NCBI GenBank assembly: GCA_002269645.1
Contig: NIVC01000769.1
Span: forward strand, 248,001-312,000
From: Macrostomum lignano
Taxonomy: Eukaryota
DNA length: 64,000 nucleotides
Direction: 5' to 3'
Below are positions 59,078 through 64,000 of this stretch, piece by piece (position 1 is the stretch's first letter; every line of letters starts with the position of its first letter). The notes under the pieces are model-generated. The model searched no databases. It was not told the DNA's origin and saw only the letters and a program-made list of their open reading frames with translations. A program made the position numbers and the translations under genes.

Positions 59078-62000
59078 TCAGCGCTTGCCGCGACGCGACC
59101 CGCAACAGACGCCGCCGGTGGAGACTTTCGAAGACTCCGATTTCAGCGACGGGTCAGACGAGTCGGGCCAAGCCGCGGACGGCGAAGGCGGTGGCGGCGC
59201 CAAATTCTCGCGCAGAGTTGACCATGGCTGGGCTGGCCGGGCCACAAACTGGCTCACAATGATGCGGCCGAGCAGCAGGCGGAGCGCGCCGCAGTCGCTA
59301 ACTCAGGCCGAGTCCAATTGTCAAGCAGCCAGCGCGCTCGCGCGTCCCAATCATATTCAGCAGGCCGCTCATCCTTCCTAACCGAAGCAGTGGACACCGA
59401 GTCAGCATCGGTGGAGGCGTCGTTGCTCGCGTGAACCTCTCGAATCTTGCCTTCCAAATATCGCATTGCTCGCTCCATCTGGGACTCCAGCTGAGCCCAG
59501 TCTACGGAGGTGGCTCCACGAAACTGACTAAACACAATGCGACCAAGTAGCGGCTTTGGTCGGCGTCGCTAAGCGCGCTTATATGTGGAAACATTGGCGC
59601 CTTTCACTGAGGAAGTTTTAGAGCCAGATGCAGCACCAGCTTTATTGGCTCCTGCAGCCGCTTCATCAGCACCAGCACCAGTTTTTTCAACAACAGCTTT
59701 TTACGTCACCTGAACCAGAGTCATCTGCATCGGCACAGCTTCATCGAATTTTCAGAGTCTGCAAACCATATTGGCCAGCACTTTGTTGATTCTCGAGAAC
59801 GCTCTGAAGTTTATCACTGTTTACTCGTATTTTTTTAGGGATGGGAAAACGCTGTTGGACTCGAAGCCACGATTCGCCATCGAAATCCGACAAATTGCGA
59901 ATGCTTCGATAGGGAGAAATTGCACGGTCGACAGATCGCTCCTCCATCTCTTTGAAGACAAGCGCTCAACAGAAGCTGGGCGTTCAAAAACTGACACAGA
60001 GCAAAAAAGAGCCAGTGGAAATAAAGTAGACTCATCAGACGAACCGCGCCAAAAAGCTCGACGAGAAATACTCATGCTTCGATCAGCCGAATATCCATCC
60101 TCTTGCACATCCAAGCAAAGCTGACTAAACGAAACACTGCTGCTACCATCGAAAAATTCTGATGATTCGAAACCATCAGATAAAACGTCCACCTCCGGGT
60201 TACAAATAACATCAAGGAGAAAGCGTAACTCGTTGACAACATCCAAAAACGAACTGTCATCCTAGAAGCTGCAAAAATATTCCTTTCCTTAAGACACCCT
60301 GCCTCATCGAGCAAGTCCAGCTGGTGTCGCACGTCTTCGTCTACTTGCTTGTCGGCCTGATCTATTTCGACGAACTTGAGTTGATCCTCTTTGAATCGGC
60401 GCTCCGCTCTTGCAATGTCGCGGCGAGCGCGCTCATCGCGACGTCGTCGTTCGCGGCGACGGTGGCTCACGAGCTCTTCTAGACGCATGGCTTCTCGCTC
60501 TCGCTCCCGCTCTGGCGCCTTCAACTTGTCTTCTTTGCGCATTGGAGGCAGATCCTCTTCGATCTCGCTGGCTTCGCGATCTTCTAATACTTTGTCATCG
60601 AACAGGTCTATCTGGCGTCGCACGTCTTCGTCTACTTGCTTGTCGGCCTGAACAATCTCGTCTACCTCGAATTCATCGTCTTCGAATCGGCGCTCCGCTC
60701 TTGCAATGTCGCGGCGAGCGCGCTCATCGCGACGTCGTCGTTCGCGGCGACGGTGGCTCACGAGCTCTTCTAGACGCGCGGCTTCTCGCTCTCGCTCCCG
60801 CTCTGGCGCCTTCAACTCGTCTTCTTTGCGCATTGGAGGCAGATCCTCTTCGATCTCGCTGGCTCGCGATCTTCTAATACTTTGTCATCGAACAGGTCTA
60901 TCTGGCGTCGCACGTCTTCGTCTACAGTACGCTTGTCGGCCTGAATCGATCTGTCGACCTGAATTGATCGTCTTCGAATCGGCGCTCGCCCTTGCAATGT
61001 CGCGGCGAGCGCGCTCATCGCGACGTCGTCGTTCGCGGCGACGGTGGCTCCCGAGCTCTTCTTGACGCGCGGCTTCTCGCTCTCGCTCCCGCTCTGGCGC
61101 CTTCAACTCGTCTTCTTTGCGCATTGGAGGCAGATCCTCTTCGATCTCGCTGGCTCGCGATCTTCTAATACTTTGTCGTCGAACAGGTCTATCTGGTGTC
61201 GCACGTCCTCGTCTACCAGTACTTCTTCGTCGGCCTGAACAATCTCGTCGACCTTGAATTGATCGTCTTCGAATCGGCGCTCCGCTCTTGCAATGTCGCG
61301 GCGAGCGCGCTCATCGCGACGTCGTCGTTCGCGGCGACGGTGGCTCACGAGCTCTTCTTGACGCGCGGCTTCTCGCTCTCGCTCCCGCTCTGGCGCCTTC
61401 AACTCGTCTTCTTTGCGCATTGGAGGCAGATCCTCTTCGATCTCGCTGGCTTCGCGATCTTCTAATACTTTGTCATCGAACAGGTCTATCTGGCGTCGCA
61501 CGTCTTCGTCTACTTGCTTGTCGGCCTGAACAATCTCGTCTACCTCGAATTCATCGTCTTCGAATCGGCGCTCCGCTCTTGCAATGTCGCGGCGAGCGCG
61601 CTCATCGCGACGTCGTCGTTCGCGGCGACGGTGGCTCACGAGCTCTTCTTGACGCGCGGCTTCTCGCTCTCGCCCGCTCTGGCGCCTTCAACTCGTCTTC
61701 TTTGCGCATTGGAGGCAGCTCCTCTTTGATCTCGCTGGCCTCGCGATCTTCTAATACTTTGTCGTCGAACAGGTCTATCTGGTGTCGCACGTCCTCGTCT
61801 ACCAGTACGTCTTCGTCGGCCTGATCGATCTGATCGACCTTGAATTGATCCTGTTTGAATCGGCGCTTCGCCCTTGCAATGTCGCGGCGAGCGCGCTCAT
61901 CGCGACGTCGTCGTTCGCGGCGACGGTGGCTCACGAGCTCTTCTTGACGCGCGGCTTCTCGCTCTCGCTCCCGCTCTGGCGCCTTCAACTCGTCTTCTTT

Positions 62001-64000
62001 GCGCATTGGAGGCAGATCCTCTTCGATCTCGCTGGCCTCGCGATCTTCTAATACTTTGTCGTCGAACAGGTCTATCTGGTGTCGCACGTCCTCGTCTATC
62101 AGTACTTCTTCGTCGGCCTGAACAATCTCGTCGACCTTGAATTGATCGTCTTCGAATCGGCGCTCCGCTTTTGCAATGTCGCGGCGAGCGCGCTCATCGC
62201 GACGTCGTCGTTCGCGGCGACGGTGGCTCACGAGCTCTTCTTGACGCGCGGCTTCTCGCTCTCGCTCCCGCTCTGGCGCCTTCAACTCGTCTTCTTTGCG
62301 CATTGGAGGCAGATCCTCTTCGATCTCGCTGGCCTCGCGATCTTCTAATACTTTGTCGTCGAACAGGTCTATCTGGTGTCGCACGTCCTCGTCTACCAGT
62401 ACGTCTTCGTCGGCCTGATCGATCTGATCGACCTTGAGTTGATCCTCTTTGAATCGTCGCTCCGCTCTTGCAATTTCGCGGCGAGCGCGCTCATTGCGAC
62501 GTCGTCGTTCGCGGCGACGGTGGCTCGCAAGCTCTTCTTGACGCGCGGCTTCTCGCTCTCGCTCCCGCTCTGGCGCCTTCAACTCGTCTTCTTTGCGCAT
62601 TGGAGGCAGATCCTCTTCGATCTCGCTGGCCTCGCGCGCTTCTAACTCTACGTCATCGATCAAGTCCAGCTGGTGTCGCACGTCTTCGTCTACTTGCTTG
62701 TGGCCTGATCATCTGTCGACCTTGAGTTGATCCTCTTGAATCGGCGCTCCGCTCTTGCAATTCGCGGCGAGCGCGCTCATGCGACGTCGTCGTTCGCGGC
62801 GACGGTGGCTCACGAGCTCTTCTTGACGCGCGGCTTCTCGCTCTCGCTCCCGCTCTGGCGCCTTCAACTCGTCTTCTTTGCGCATTGGAGGCAGATCCTC
62901 TTCGATCTCGCTGGCCTCGCGATCTTCTAATACTTTGTCGTCGAACAGGTCTATCTGGTGTCGCACGTCCTCGTCTACCAGTACTTCTTCGTCGGCCTGA
63001 ACAATCTCGTCGACCTCGAATTCATCGTCTTGAATCGGCGCTCCGCTTGCAATGTCGCGGCGAGCGCGCTCATCGCGACGTCGTCGTTCGCGGCGACGGT
63101 GGCTCACGAGCTCTTCTTGACGCGCGGCTTCTCGCTCTCGCTCCCGCTCTGGCGCCTTCAACTCGTCTTCTTTGCGCATTGGAGGCAGATCCTCTTCGAT
63201 CTCGCTGGCCTCGCGATCTTCTAATACTTTGTCATCGAACAGGTCTATCTGGCGTCGCACGTCTTCGTACTTGCTTGTCGGCCTGAACAATCTCGTCTAC
63301 CTTGAATTGATCGTCTTCGAATCGGCCCCGCTCTTGCAATGTCGCGGCGAGCGCGCTCATCGCGACGTCGTCGTTCGCGGCGACGGTGGCTCACGAGCTC
63401 TTCTTGACGCGCGGCTTCTCGCTCTCGCTCCCGCTCTGGCGCCTTCAACTCGTCTTCTTTGCGCATTGGAGGCAGATCCTCTTCGATCTCGCTGGCTTCG
63501 CGATCTTCTAATACTTTGTCATCGAACAGGTCTATCTGGCGTCGCACGTCTTCGTCTACTTGCTTGTCGGCCTGAACAATCTCGTCTACCTCGAATTCAT
63601 CGTCTTCGAATCGGCGCTCCGCTCTTGCAATGTCGCGGCGAGCGCGCTCATCGCGACGTCGTCGTTCGCGCGACGGTGGCTCGAGCTCTTCTTGACGCGC
63701 GGCTTCTCGCTCTCGCTCCCGCTCTGGCGCCTTCAACTCGTCTTCTTTGCGCATTGGAGGCAGATCCTCTTCGATCTCGCTGGCCTCGCGCGCTTCTAAC
63801 TCTACGTCATCGATCAAGTCCAGCTGGTGTCGCACGTCTTCGTCTACTTGCTTGTTGGCCTGATCCATCTGATCGACCTTGAGTTGATCCTCTTTGAATC
63901 GGCGCTCCGCTCTTGCAATTTCGCGGCGAGCGCGCTCATTGCGACGTCGTCGTTCGCGGCGACGGTGGCTCACGAGCTCTTCTTGACGCGCGGCTTCTCG
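59078..64000 (-). CDS. 3' part of a large unknown protein: array of 97/99-aa charged repeats followed by a unique C-terminus of about 400 codons; 5' end outside the window; many frameshifts
   Basis: Repeat units are multiples of 3 and read as a coherent charged peptide on the minus strand; unique sequence continues in shifting frames to a candidate TGA at 59080-59078 (...GGVCCGSRRGKR*). Confidence 0.6.
60300..64000 (-). repeat. Coding tandem repeat of 291/297-bp units, at least 12 copies
   Basis: Unit MRKEDELKAPEREREREAARQEELVSHRRRERRRRDERARRDIARAERRFEDDQFKVDEIVQADEEVLVDEDVRHQIDLFDDKVLEDREASEIEEDLPP recurs; period 297 bp at 61782/62079/62376. Confidence 0.95.

Noticed and set aside
60391-63882. 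Plus-strand ORFs over the 297-bp array
   Set aside because: Antisense shadows of the charged repeat, short and stop-interrupted in each unit

Overview
Eukaryotic, intron-rich, minisatellite-laden animal DNA; no prokaryotic features and no CRISPR. An EF-hand/dynein-light-chain (TAL) gene, high-GC coding exons and large intronic minisatellites point to a flatworm, most plausibly Macrostomum (inference). Genes reconstructed by hand from splice sites and reading frame: exon 1 of an NPY/NPF-type GPCR (-); a TAL protein (+); an NK1/slouch homeobox gene (-); a very divergent CK1-like kinase (-); a roughly 3200-aa acidic repeat protein with a coiled-coil N-terminus (+); JMJD5/KDM8 (+); a secreted CAP-EGF-ShKT protein (+); purine nucleoside phosphorylase (+); a 10-exon RYK/Derailed receptor (-); and the 3' part of a protein built from 97/99-aa Arg/Glu/Asp repeats (-). 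Mobile DNA: two tRNA-derived SINE families (one with a CORE-like domain), a hAT-type MITE with perfect TIRs and an 8-bp TSD, a dead Tc1 element, and LINE fragments. Most long ORFs in the supplied track are artefacts of stop-free tandem repeats. Single-base deletions in the two giant repeat genes look like long-read assembly errors. All homology calls come from recognising motifs by eye; no database search was run.
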